Assembly: GCA_027492035.1 (NCBI GenBank)
Contig: JAOZFT010000001.1
Coordinates: 1-64,000, forward strand
Source: Thermoproteota archaeon
GTDB taxonomy: Archaea > Korarchaeota > JAOZGF01 > JAOZFZ01
Reading direction: 5' to 3'
DNA length: 64,000 nucleotides
Under the pieces are notes generated by a model. It was not told the DNA's origin and did not search any database. It saw only the letters and a program-made list of their open reading frames with translations. Every line of letters starts with the position of its first letter. Position 1 is the stretch's first letter. Below, one piece after another: positions 19,175-28,581 of this stretch. The position numbers and the translations under genes were made by a program.

Positions 19175-20390
19175 CCCCTACATGCCTAACTTTATCAATT
19201 ATTTCCTTTCCCTTCTTTATCACTAACTCAATCACTTCAGGGTTTGCTTTTCCTGACAGAGTTTTTTTGACATAGTCTTCAAAGGTTACTTCTATTTTCT
19301 CAGGTTCAGGAGAGGACTCTAATTTTTCAGGGGAAAGATATTCCCTTTTAATGAACCAGTAAAAGATGTTTTTCTCCGTCATTGCCTTATTTATTTCTCG
19401 AAGATTAAGCATTTGACCAGGTCCAAGTAAACATTTTAACCTTACAATTGATCCTTCCGTTACTTTTCTTCGACTCATTGTTTGAATTAATGCTTTAGAA
19501 GGATTGATGGAGTTATGTAGTTGAAAGTAACTTCCTTCTCCCTTACTTGGAAGAGTTAGCATCGGTCTACAGTTAAGTTTTTGAAACTTTAAAGCCAATT
19601 CTCCGTTTTGTTCAGTGAGGGAAATGAACCCCTTTTCCTCCTTTTCTTCACTGAAATCAATTCTTTCTACTGAACCAGGATAAACTGTCTTTTCTGACAG
19701 TTTCTGGCAGGCATGTATGTGTCCCATAGCTACATAATCTACATCGGCTTTCTCAAAAATTCCCCTGTTAAGTTTAACATCTTTCATAAACATTATTTTT
19801 TGTTCAGCTCCAGGCCTGGCTCCCTCAACCAAGAAATGTGCAACCACGACTACGTAGTCGGCTTCCCCTTTTTCAAGGTATTGTTTAACCCTTTCCTCAA
19901 TTGTTTTCCTATATTCTCTTTCATCCCTAAACTCAACAGGTGAGACATAAGGCAAAGCTATGAATTTAACTTTCCTATTTCTTTCCCTGTTTTCGAGAGT
20001 TACATAGCCTGATTTCCTGAAAAAGAAAAAATTCGGTGGTTTTGCTTGTTTCAAAGCCTCTAAGTATGTTTTTGTATAAGTTTTTGTTTTTGGTTGGTCG
20101 TGGTTCCCAGCTACAGCTACAGTCTTTACTTTGTTTTCACCTAATGTAGAAATTGTTTCTGCGAAGGCTGACAAGACATATCCTGAAGGCCTTAAGTTGT
20201 GGAAAATGTCGCCGGAAATTATTAAGTAATCAACTTTCTCCCTTATAGCGAAATCCCTTATTCTTTTCAAGTTTGACAAGAAGTCATCTACCCTTGCTTT
20301 TCTTTTCTCCCAATTTAAGAAAGGGGTTTCTAACAGAGTGGCTCCCAAGTGAAGATCAGCCGTGTGAACAATCTTTATGGACAAAGGCAT
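19164..20390 (-). CDS. mre11: Mre11/SbcD nuclease
   Basis: HTADLHLG, SGDIF, GNHD, GHIH, YPGS.ERIDF.E phosphoesterase motifs. Confidence 0.93.
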   Translation of the reverse strand: MPLSIKIVHTADLHLGATLLETPFLNWEKRKARVDDFLSNLKRIRDFAIREKVDYLIISGDIFHNLRPSGYVLSAFAETISTLGENKVKTVAVAGNHDQPKTKTYTKTYLEALKQAKPPNFFFFRKSGYVTLENRERNRKVKFIALPYVSPVEFRDEREYRKTIEERVKQYLEKGEADYVVVVAHFLVEGARPGAEQKIMFMKDVKLNRGIFEKADVDYVAMGHIHACQKLSEKTVYPGSVERIDFSEEKEEKGFISLTEQNGELALKFQKLNCRPMLTLPSKGEGSYFQLHNSINPSKALIQTMSRRKVTEGSIVRLKCLLGPGQMLNLREINKAMTEKNIFYWFIKREYLSPEKLESSPEPEKIEVTFEDYVKKTLSGKANPEVIELVIKKGKEIIDKVRHVGDEL

Positions 20391-20422
20391 CCCACCTTAA
20401 TGCAACCTGTAAAAGGAAGGGT

Positions 20423-22222
20423 TTAATAATCTGGTGGTTCAATTTCTTCTTTTCTCCTTCTTTCACTGAACTCTTGTAGACAACTTTTTATCCCTTCTTT
20501 GTAGTTAAGTATTTCTAAAACAGCAGGTATGGTTATTGATTCACCGAAGACAAGCACTTCTTTCCTTTTAAGCCATTCAATTATTGGTTGAAACATTCTT
20601 TGAAACCTTAAACCTCTTGTACAGGCTTGAATGTCTGCTTCATCTGTTAGATTCATGATGAAAGAGTTCCAAAGCATTCCTCTAACGTCTTCATCTATTT
20701 GGGAAGGCCTTTGGTCAATTATGCACAGTACAACTCCTCTCTTTCTCAGCTCCCTCGCTATGTCCCCAAAGGGGGTCATGTAAAAGGTTTTAGGTCCTAA
20801 AAATTTATGAGCCTCCTCCAAAAAAATCACTAACCTATAAAAGGTTTTTTTACCCTTAAGCGACAACTCAACATATTTCTCCCACAATCTTCTAGCTACC
20901 ATGTTCGCTATCAACATATAAGCTATTTTGTTGTCTCCATACCTCCCGAAACTAACAATTACGCTTCTTCTCCCCTTCAAAATTTCATTAATTATTTCTT
21001 CGATTGAATCCTTCCCTTCAGTCCAGTCGATGAAATCCAGTTTCTTAAGTTTCCCTAGACGGGTTTTGCCTGCCTTAAATGATTGGTAGGCACCTATCCC
21101 CAACTTACCCTGTATCTTTGTAGCTATCTCCTCTTCTTCACTCGGGGAAGTTTCAGTTTTTCCACATAAGACCTCAAGCCAATTTTTACCGGTTACCTCC
21201 TGTATTATTCTTTTAAAACTTGTTAAATAAGCTAGGAAGGCAGGTGTTAAACCTAATGTTTCAGAAATTATTTCTATGTCTTCAACACATATTTTTCCAG
21301 GGTTCACCTTTAAAGTTTCCAGGTTCCGAGTTTCAGCTGTTTCTTTGTCAGGTGTTAAAATAAAGAATTGGTCCCTGAACACTTGGCCAACTCCCTTTGC
21401 GTAATCTCTCCCAACTTGATCCTTCAGCATTAAACCGTATTCACTATGCATGTCAAAAATTAAAAGTTTCAGTTTTCCCCCTTCACTTAACGACTTATTC
21501 GTTAAAATAATGAAGAAAGCTAATAAGTTGCCTAGAAAAGTTTTACCAGCTCCGCTTTTGCCAAAGATACCGAAAGATCCTCTAACCAATGTTTCAACGT
21601 TTAAGGGAATATATACCTTCTCCTCTTTCTCTATTAGTGGAAGTTTAGGTTTACCTAGAGGCCAACTGGTTAAATAATTAGGTTTCCCGTAGAAGAGATT
21701 TATTTCTTCCTGGAAAGGATAAATTACTGGTGCACAGTAGTCAGGGATAGAGTCAACTTGCTCCACTTCGCCTCTGTAAACAGCTAAAGGAGCAATATGT
21801 AAAACAGTGGGTAATGAACCACTGCTTCTTAACCCTTTCTCTGTCCTCTCCCTTATTTCAGAGGCCACTCTGTCCTTGTTTGTTTCCTTCCCTATAAAAG
21901 ATTCTAGAACGTTTGACCCCTTAAGTTCAATGTCTGAAACAACACCTAAAAACTTCGTCTCCTTCCTCACTCCCTTAATTAAAACCACAGACCCTACCTT
22001 TATTTCCTCAGCTGAAAAGTCCTTCAAAAGCCTACCTTGCAACCCCTTAGTTAAGTTCCCGCTCACTATCCTTGCAAAAAGGGTTTTAACTTCCCCACTC
22101 ATTATTAATTTTCCTCCAACACTTAAGCCTTCACCCAGAAACAATGTTCTCAATTGTTGACAGCACTTCCTGAAGCTTTTCTTCCCCATACCTTTCAGAA
22201 ACAATTTCTGTGATTCTTTCAT
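20423..22222 (-). CDS. herA: HerA helicase/translocase
   Basis: N-terminal HAS barrel, GKSGAGKT, FDMHSEYG, EEAH, RE.RK.G, DQRP; likely start at MSGEVK (about 22102). Confidence 0.9.
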   Translation of the reverse strand: MKESQKLFLKGMGKKSFRKCCQQLRTLFLGEGLSVGGKLIMSGEVKTLFARIVSGNLTKGLQGRLLKDFSAEEIKVGSVVLIKGVRKETKFLGVVSDIELKGSNVLESFIGKETNKDRVASEIRERTEKGLRSSGSLPTVLHIAPLAVYRGEVEQVDSIPDYCAPVIYPFQEEINLFYGKPNYLTSWPLGKPKLPLIEKEEKVYIPLNVETLVRGSFGIFGKSGAGKTFLGNLLAFFIILTNKSLSEGGKLKLLIFDMHSEYGLMLKDQVGRDYAKGVGQVFRDQFFILTPDKETAETRNLETLKVNPGKICVEDIEIISETLGLTPAFLAYLTSFKRIIQEVTGKNWLEVLCGKTETSPSEEEEIATKIQGKLGIGAYQSFKAGKTRLGKLKKLDFIDWTEGKDSIEEIINEILKGRRSVIVSFGRYGDNKIAYMLIANMVARRLWEKYVELSLKGKKTFYRLVIFLEEAHKFLGPKTFYMTPFGDIARELRKRGVVLCIIDQRPSQIDEDVRGMLWNSFIMNLTDEADIQACTRGLRFQRMFQPIIEWLKRKEVLVFGESITIPAVLEILNYKEGIKSCLQEFSERRRKEEIEPPDY

Positions 22223-22781
22223 AAATCTCCATTTTATAACCTAAACCTAATGACTCAGTTAAGTAAGGAAAGAAGGTTTCAAGGAAAGAAGTTACTTCGC
22301 TTGAGTTTAAGGAATTAATTAATAAAGGCAAGTAATTGATTTCAAGTTTTCCATTCCTGAAATGGAACTGTTTCACAAACTCTTTTGAAGGAATATAAGC
22401 TAAGTCATGAATTAAAGGTTTACGTCGCGGCAGCTTCTGGAAAAATGTTCCTTTCTCGAAGTAACCTACTGAAACACAGAAATAAATATCTATAAACCTG
22501 TCTTCTAAATCCGGGTACCTTTGAATTATTTCTTTCCTTGTAGCTTTCAAAGGAGTTGGAACAGAAGGTAAACCAGGTGAAGGAACCATTTCTGTCCCTG
22601 TAACGGCACCTACCACAATAAAGGATTCACAATTAACTACTATGAAGGAACCGTACTCAGGGGTAGTGTTAATTTTGTAGGATTGGACACTAAATGTTTT
22701 ATGGGTTGAAGAAACAACTTCTCCAAAAGCTTTTTGGTTGCCGCTGTACACCTGAACCCAGTCAAACTCGCTACTCTCCAT
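22131..22781 (-). CDS. Stand-alone HAS-barrel domain protein
   Basis: GEVVSST..F.VQ.Y....PEYGSFIV and Q.LP...P.IHD.AY pattern of HAS-barrel proteins; lies between nurA and herA. Confidence 0.7.
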   Translation of the reverse strand: MESSEFDWVQVYSGNQKAFGEVVSSTHKTFSVQSYKINTTPEYGSFIVVNCESFIVVGAVTGTEMVPSPGLPSVPTPLKATRKEIIQRYPDLEDRFIDIYFCVSVGYFEKGTFFQKLPRRKPLIHDLAYIPSKEFVKQFHFRNGKLEINYLPLLINSLNSSEVTSFLETFFPYLTESLGLGYKMEIYERITEIVSERYGEEKLQEVLSTIENIVSG

Positions 22782-22807
22782 TCCCCCCTAACCTCTTACA
22801 AAAAACT

Positions 22808-24025
22808 TTAAACTACCCCCTTAATTTTCTTTTCCTGTTTCTTTGAAAAAAGCAACCTCAAATTATATTTTTCATTCAGTAATTTGTTTACGTAACTTAA
22901 AACCCACCGTCTCTCTGCATTTTTTATTAAAGCCTGCTCATGAGCCCTCTCCAACAAGTAAGGGTAACCCCCACCTAAACCAGCCTGTCCAGCTACCACC
23001 GAATAAATTTGTTGGACATTAGCCGCCGCCCAAAGAGGGAACTCAACCCTGAAAACGTTTCTTTCCCCAGCTTTAAAATAAAAACCTGCAACTTCTAAGC
23101 TGTTCTCAGTTACAATCTTGTTCACGACTTTAAAAAGGGAACTTCTCCAGCTGTTACTTAATAAATAATTGAAAAGCAGTTTATCCTCTATTAACAATTT
23201 TTCGCACTCTAATTTCCTTTTTTCTTTCATGCACACGCTGCAAGATTTCTTTTCTTCACAAACAACTGCTCTTATTAAAGAAGCTGAAACAGCTGATGAA
23301 TTTGTGTAGAAAACACCTACAGGTATTATTTTTTTGTTCTTCATTTCTGTCCATGCTTTTTTCATGGCTTCAACAGTTTCCTTCCTTTCTTTTTCAGTTT
23401 TTGAAGCTAAATAGTTAACAGAGAAGCTTTCATCGAATAAAACATAGATTTCACTGCTTAACTCTTCCCTCAACTTGAATAAACTATTTTTTATTGTCTC
23501 TAATTCGCTTTCAACCCTTTTCCTCTGAATATTCCATAAGTAGTTTTCAGTTTCCCCTTCTCCAACAAAGTAAAAATAAGGCTCACTTTTCTCTATATGC
23601 CGCAATTTATCGCCGTAACTTATGAAAGTTAACCCTACATTAATTAAAAGAAAAGGAGGAGAGAAATGGACAGAAGGAGTTATTTCGCTAGTGTCAACAC
23701 CAGCTACACAGTAATTCTGCAAAACTTTTAAAGGCCATTTAACACCTTTCAAGGAGTAATTCTGCATGTCTGGCCTAGACCTGCAGAAAATCTTATTTTC
23801 CAGAAAAATTACGGTTTCACGGAATCTTGCTCTCCAACATGAGGAGTCTTTTTCTAAAACGTTATTTAAGGGTTTAAGATCCTCTACTTCAATTAAGTAG
23901 TTGAAAAGTTCCTGTAAAGAATCCTTTGAAGCTTTAACTTTACTTGCTAAAGAAACAATTCTTTCTAATATAATTTTTTGAACAAGTGGAACATTAAGCA
24001 ATTTAAAAAACCTCACTTTAAACAC
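22808..24025 (-). CDS. nurA: NurA nuclease with Cys4 insert
   Basis: AGVDTSEI, VLFDES, RVEFP.W, GYPYLLERAHEQA; internal C..CxxC..C. Confidence 0.85.
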   Translation of the reverse strand: MFKVRFFKLLNVPLVQKIILERIVSLASKVKASKDSLQELFNYLIEVEDLKPLNNVLEKDSSCWRARFRETVIFLENKIFCRSRPDMQNYSLKGVKWPLKVLQNYCVAGVDTSEITPSVHFSPPFLLINVGLTFISYGDKLRHIEKSEPYFYFVGEGETENYLWNIQRKRVESELETIKNSLFKLREELSSEIYVLFDESFSVNYLASKTEKERKETVEAMKKAWTEMKNKKIIPVGVFYTNSSAVSASLIRAVVCEEKKSCSVCMKEKRKLECEKLLIEDKLLFNYLLSNSWRSSLFKVVNKIVTENSLEVAGFYFKAGERNVFRVEFPLWAAANVQQIYSVVAGQAGLGGGYPYLLERAHEQALIKNAERRWVLSYVNKLLNEKYNLRLLFSKKQEKKIKGVV

Positions 24026-24214
24026 TCTTTAATTGCCTTATTAATTTTTCCCACCTTTAAAACCCACCTTAAAGGGAGGAAAGATTTATTTTTGTTCCTG
24101 TCCTTGCTGGTTAAAAGAGCAGATAATGGGGTTTCCGCTGCAAAAAATTTTAATTAACAAGGGTTTCTTGAAGAAAATGTTGAAAGAATAACTTTGTAGT
24201 TAAGAAAAACAGAA

Positions 24215-24383
24215 AAATTTTTAAAGGGAGCCGTTGAATAACTCTTCACGGCCTTTTTCTAAGGTAGCGACTTTCAAAAACCTTTTCTTTGATAATTCCT
24301 CAAAAAGAGTTGTTCATTGGTTTCCTTTATTCTTCTCTTACCTGTGAAAAAGGCTTAAACCGTGTTTAGAGGTGAAAGGTAAG
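24215..24383 (+). promoter_or_regulatory. csp promoter and structured 5' leader
   Basis: TATA-like TTTTTAAAG at about 24218-26; inverted repeat GCCGTTGAA-N6-TTCACGGC (24230-52); GCCTTTTTC (24251-59) complementary to GAAAAAGGC (24346-54); SD GAGGTGA 24369-75. Confidence 0.5.
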
Positions 24384-24584
24384 TTGACAACAGGCACCGT
24401 AAAGTTCTTCAACAGACGCAGAGGCTTCGGTTTCATTGTGCGAGACGACGGTGGAAGAGACGTATACGTCAACATAGTTGACGTTCAAGGAAGAACTCCT
24501 TTAAATGAAGGAGATAAAGTTCAGTTTGACATAGTAGAAGAGGAACGTGGACCTAGAGCTAAAAATGTTGTACTTGTGGAGTGA
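24372..24584 (+). CDS. csp: Cold-shock domain protein
   Basis: GTVKFFN..RGFGFI (RNP1), DVYV (RNP2), GPRAKNV; probable start TTG 24384 downstream of GAGGTGA. Confidence 0.92.
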   Translation: MKGKLTTGTVKFFNRRRGFGFIVRDDGGRDVYVNIVDVQGRTPLNEGDKVQFDIVEEERGPRAKNVVLVE

Positions 24585-24699
24585 AGAAAACAAGGAAAAA
24601 TACTAAGAATTAATTAAAACCCGCCTTCTTTATTGAAGGCTTGTTTTTTACTTGTCCCTATCTACTTTTCTATTTTTTTCTTTTTGAAGATGTTAATTT

Positions 24700-24870
24700 C
24701 TTTAGCAGCGGCACCTCCTTCCTACATCCTCAGTAGTTTTTATTGCTCCAATAACACATAAACTGTTTCCCTATCCTTCACAAAACCATCATAATCCATG
24801 TTTTACAAAATTGACAGCGTCTTTAGGCTTCAATCATATCTTCTACATAATTCTAAAAATTCCTTTTTTA
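24700..24870 (-). pseudogene. Degraded HEPN (DUF86) toxin remnant
   Basis: Broken frames read NYVEDMIEA* then MDYDGFVKDRETVY, resembling the DUF86 N-terminus; directly downstream of the MNT remnant. Confidence 0.55.
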
Positions 24871-25170
24871 TAGGTTTACAATTTCCTTCAGGATAATTTT
24901 CTCTACCCTTAGTTTTAAGATGCTCCTTTCAACTAAGCCTACCTTTAACACCTAGCTTTTCACTTAAGTAATTCCCTAAACCGGTGAAATCTAAAAGACT
25001 TAAACTTGCTGATTCCTTAAATTCAGCTAAGGCATCCAAGTCATTCCCCTTTTTCTCCTCGCCTCTAGTATAGGAGCCAAAGATGCCGATTGGTTCAACT
25101 TTAAACCTCTCTCTTAATAAGGTTTTTCAACTCCCCTCAATTTCCCTTTTACTTCTTCTCCGTAATCTCT
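24868..25170 (-). pseudogene. Frameshifted minimal nucleotidyltransferase (MNT) antitoxin
   Basis: LRERFKVEPIGIFGSYTRGEEKKGNDLDALAEF...LSEKLGVK, then a frameshift into VGLVERSILKLRVEKIILKEIVNL*; no intact start. Confidence 0.8.
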
Positions 25171-25469
25171 TTAATTTGCTGATGACTTTTCAATTTGTTG
25201 CCTCATTGTTTCTAGGAACTCTAAGACCCTCTCTTTCTCTGTAAGCCTCGTTATACTTATTGCTGAGCTACGGAAAAACTTGCGAAGTACTTGGCAAAGG
25301 AAAGAAGGAAACTGTCTAAGTAAAGGAAGAGTTTATTCAAAAATAAAAAGCTTATAAAAGTAAATGTTAAATTTTTTGGAACATTTTTTAGGTTATTGGA
25401 AACTTCTTGGAAAGCTGTGAAATTTTAAATACCTGTTGAAGTTATCATTAATTATTTGGTGAGTTCTTT

Positions 25470-25586
25470 ATGAGTTCGAAACATGTTTCAAAACAGGCTT
25501 TTAACCAAACAGTTAAGTTAAAGTTTAGGAGAAGGGTAGGTAGAGTTAAACGTGGGAAGAAATTGGGTGTAATCAGGAGTAAGTGA
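25470..25586 (+). CDS. Small basic ORF (38 aa) coupled to the downstream aspartyl-protease-like gene; possibly a remnant
   Basis: GGTGA SD, MSSKHVSKQAFNQTVKLKFRRRVGRVKRGKKLGVIRSK*, GTGA overlap with the next start. Confidence 0.3.
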   Translation: MSSKHVSKQAFNQTVKLKFRRRVGRVKRGKKLGVIRSK

Positions 25587-26011
25587 GTTTTTTTATGCCT
25601 GTTAGAGTGAAGGTAAAGCTAGAAAGCGTGAAAAGCAAAGTTGAAACTGCAGCTCTCCTCAACACTGGATTCACAAGCATGGAACCTGAAATTCTTTTGC
25701 CAAGAAAGTTAGCTGAAAAAATGAGTTTATGGCCTCCACCGGAAAATTCCACACTTGAAACCCTTGACACAGCAGGAGGGGAAGTTTTGAGTTATGTAAT
25801 CCCTAAATCTGTTGAGGTAGCTGTTGAAACAAGGAATGGTTTCTCTAAAAGCGTTAAATGTAACGTGATAGTTTCAACTCATGAGAAAGAAGTGCTTTTA
25901 AGCGATGCTTTAATGGAGGAGTTAGGGATAGAAATAATTTCACCTAAGACCGGGGTGTGGAGAGTTAAGGGAGGGAAGGAAGAGGGAAGCATTGAACCGG
26001 AGTACTGGTGA
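25583..26011 (+). CDS. Archaeal clan AA aspartyl-protease-like protein (Asp to Asn)
   Basis: ALLNTGF motif, TAGG flap, EVLLSD...ELGI, G.WR. Confidence 0.7.
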   Translation: MSFFMPVRVKVKLESVKSKVETAALLNTGFTSMEPEILLPRKLAEKMSLWPPPENSTLETLDTAGGEVLSYVIPKSVEVAVETRNGFSKSVKCNVIVSTHEKEVLLSDALMEELGIEIISPKTGVWRVKGGKEEGSIEPEYW

Positions 26012-26239
26012 AAGGGTGACAAATGTTTCGGTTCAATTCCTAAAAGTTTTTGATTAAACTTGTTAAATGTCGAAAACAGAAGTTTGAGGAGAATTTCTGG
26101 GAAGTGAAGAACAGTACTATTTGAAAATGTAAAACGGGGATTTAGCTGAAACAATTATTTTGAACTAGTTAGAGTACCGTAGAGTCTTAAACATGTCCTC
26201 CACTGAAGAAATGATGGATAAGTTGAGCAAAATAAACAA

Positions 26240-26525
26240 TGAAATAAAGTTTATAGTTAAAGAAAGGTGGAGGGAGCTTCTTTAACAGATTCAGCAACAA
26301 AGGAAATGATTTAAGTGAAAAGGTTACATATTGAAGAGTTAGGTTGAAAGCGTTAATACAGTGGGTTATGGAAACGTATTCATAAGTTTTCTTGCAGCTG
26401 CAAAACCGTTAATTTAAGCGGTGAAGAAGCTTTGAAGCTGGGGTGTGCAGCAAGAGTTTTTAGGACAACAATAAAGGAAACAAGAGGAAACCCGACATTA
26501 AAGGAACTGAAAATATTTCTTCAAA
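26240..26525 (+). pseudogene. PfkB/ribokinase-family C-terminal remnant
   Basis: Segments in three frames: VESVNTVGYGNVFISFLAA*, SGEEALKLGCAA, FRTTIKETRGNPTLKELKIFL, collinear with the PfkB signature 2 region (DTxGAGD.F..GFL...EEAL..ANAA....G.PT). Confidence 0.6.
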
Positions 26526-26603
26526 TGTTACCGAAAAAAAGAACAATATTAATTTTTCTTGTTTCCAACAGTTTCACGGGAAAAAAGTGAATTACGGAGG
26601 TAA

Positions 26604-27140
26604 ATGTCTCAAATGGGTTTTGAAGATTTTAAGGAAGGAAAAGAAAATAAGGAGGGGGGCAAAGTTAAGCACCCATTCAAAACCATTTGTTGTGGAGGCA
26701 CATTCGACCCTTTCCACATAGGACATAAAAAATTTTTAGAAGAAGCTTACTCGCTTGGGGAAAAGGTGGTTATTGGCTTAACGTGTGATGAAATGACACA
26801 TGGAAAAGAAGTAAGTTCTAAAATTAAACCATTCAAGGAAAGGAAGAAAAATTTAGAGAAGTACCTTGAAAGTAAAGGGTGGCTTGAAAGAACAGAAATA
26901 GTTGAAATAAAAAATCCTCTAGGCACTGCAGCTGAAAACAAAAAATTTCAAGCAATAATTGTAACAGAAGAAACCTTAAAAAACGCGTTCAAAATAAACG
27001 AGGAAAGGAAAAAGAGAGGGATGAATGAATTAACAATTATAGTTGTCCCCCTTGTTAAGGACAGCACAGGTGAACCTATTTCATCAACAAGGATAAGGAA
27101 GGGAGAAATAAACGTGAAGGGGGAAATTCTCAGAAAATAA
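26604..27140 (+). CDS. coaD: Phosphopantetheine adenylyltransferase (archaeal type)
   Basis: GGTFDPFHIGH, IIVTEET, ISSTRIR.GEI. Confidence 0.9.
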   Translation: MSQMGFEDFKEGKENKEGGKVKHPFKTICCGGTFDPFHIGHKKFLEEAYSLGEKVVIGLTCDEMTHGKEVSSKIKPFKERKKNLEKYLESKGWLERTEIVEIKNPLGTAAENKKFQAIIVTEETLKNAFKINEERKKRGMNELTIIVVPLVKDSTGEPISSTRIRKGEINVKGEILRK

Positions 27141-27272
27141 TCCCAGAAAATAAAAGATACAAACAAGGAAGTTAGAAAATTAAGGAACAGATGCATATGA
27201 AAAACAAATAGTTCCGACAAAAAAATTTAAAGGGATGCAGAAGGTTACAGGGAAGGAGGGAAGTGAAAAAGG

Positions 27273-28547
27273 TTGAAGATTTTCTTGGATGCACACATTC
27301 ACAGTAAATACTCAAGGGCCACAAGCAAAAACATGGATTTGGAACATTTAGCTGCATTTGCCAAAATGAAAGGGCTAGACATGTTAGGAACAGGAGACGC
27401 ACTTTTTCCGGCCTGGTTTAATGAACTTAAAAAGAAATTAAAACCGTTAAGTGACACAGGAATATACTTATACAAAGGGATATACTGGGTTTTAACAACC
27501 GAAGTAAACACTGTTTATTTACAGGAAGGTAAAGTGCGAAAGGTTCATCACTTAATTTTTATTCCTGATTTTGAAGCTGCCGCCCAAGTAGGAGATGTTT
27601 TAAGTAAGTATGGGGACCTTTCAATAGATGGTAGACCGACCCTTAAAGTTTCATCCCCTGAACTTGTTGAAATTTTAATGGAGGTTTCACGTGAAATCTT
27701 AGTTATTCCAGCCCATGTATGGACGTCATGGTTTGGTGCGTTAGGTGAATTCTCAGGTTTCAACTCCCTTGAAGAGTGTTACCAAGATCAAGTGAAAAAT
27801 GTTTACGCTCTTGAAACAGGAATGAGTTCAGACCCTGCAATGAATTACCGTGTAAGTTCCCTAGACAAGTTTACGCTGGTTAGTTTCTCAGACGCCCATA
27901 GTTTCTGGACATGGAGGCTTGGGCGTGAATGTGTCTGTTTAAATTTGCTAGAGGTAAGTTATAGAGAAATTTTTGAAGCAATAAAAAATAAAGACAAAAA
28001 GAAAATTCTTTTCACCGTAGAAACTCCACCCAGTTATGGTAGATACCATTGGGATGGACACAGGAACTGCAATGTTTCTCTTAGCCCAAGGGAAGCAATT
28101 AAATTGAACAACATTTGCCCTAAATGCGGAAAAAAGTTAACTATTGGTGTTTTGCACAGAGTTGAAGAATTGGCAGATAGACCTGAAGGTTTTACACCTT
28201 CAAAAACCATCCCTTTTAAAACACTTATACCGCTTTACGAGTTGATAGCTCACCAATTCAGAATTAATAAACTTTACTCTGAGAAGGTTATGAAGGAACA
28301 AAATAAAATGATAAATTTTTTCGGAAATGAATTTGAAGTTCTTTTAAACGCTTCAAGGGATGAACTTGAAAAAGTTACTGATCCGGCTGTTGCAGATATT
28401 ATTATCAAAAACAGAGAGGGAAAAATAAACGTGAAACCAGGATTTGACGGAGTCTATGGCATAATTTTAAACAACAAAAGAGAAATTACAAAAGTGAGAA
28501 CTGGTGGTTGGAAAGGGGAAAAGTTAAACTTGGAAAAATTCTTTTAG
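27273..28547 (+). CDS. endoQ: Endonuclease Q (PHP domain plus zinc ribbon)
   Basis: DAHIHSKYSRATS, LGTGD, PAHVWT, SDAHS, GRYHWDGHRNC, CPKCG, PGFDGVYG. Confidence 0.9.
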   Translation: MKIFLDAHIHSKYSRATSKNMDLEHLAAFAKMKGLDMLGTGDALFPAWFNELKKKLKPLSDTGIYLYKGIYWVLTTEVNTVYLQEGKVRKVHHLIFIPDFEAAAQVGDVLSKYGDLSIDGRPTLKVSSPELVEILMEVSREILVIPAHVWTSWFGALGEFSGFNSLEECYQDQVKNVYALETGMSSDPAMNYRVSSLDKFTLVSFSDAHSFWTWRLGRECVCLNLLEVSYREIFEAIKNKDKKKILFTVETPPSYGRYHWDGHRNCNVSLSPREAIKLNNICPKCGKKLTIGVLHRVEELADRPEGFTPSKTIPFKTLIPLYELIAHQFRINKLYSEKVMKEQNKMINFFGNEFEVLLNASRDELEKVTDPAVADIIIKNREGKINVKPGFDGVYGIILNNKREITKVRTGGWKGEKLNLEKFF

Positions 28548-28581
28548 ACTCCATTTAAAAACTTTCCTTGAAAAAAGGGAG

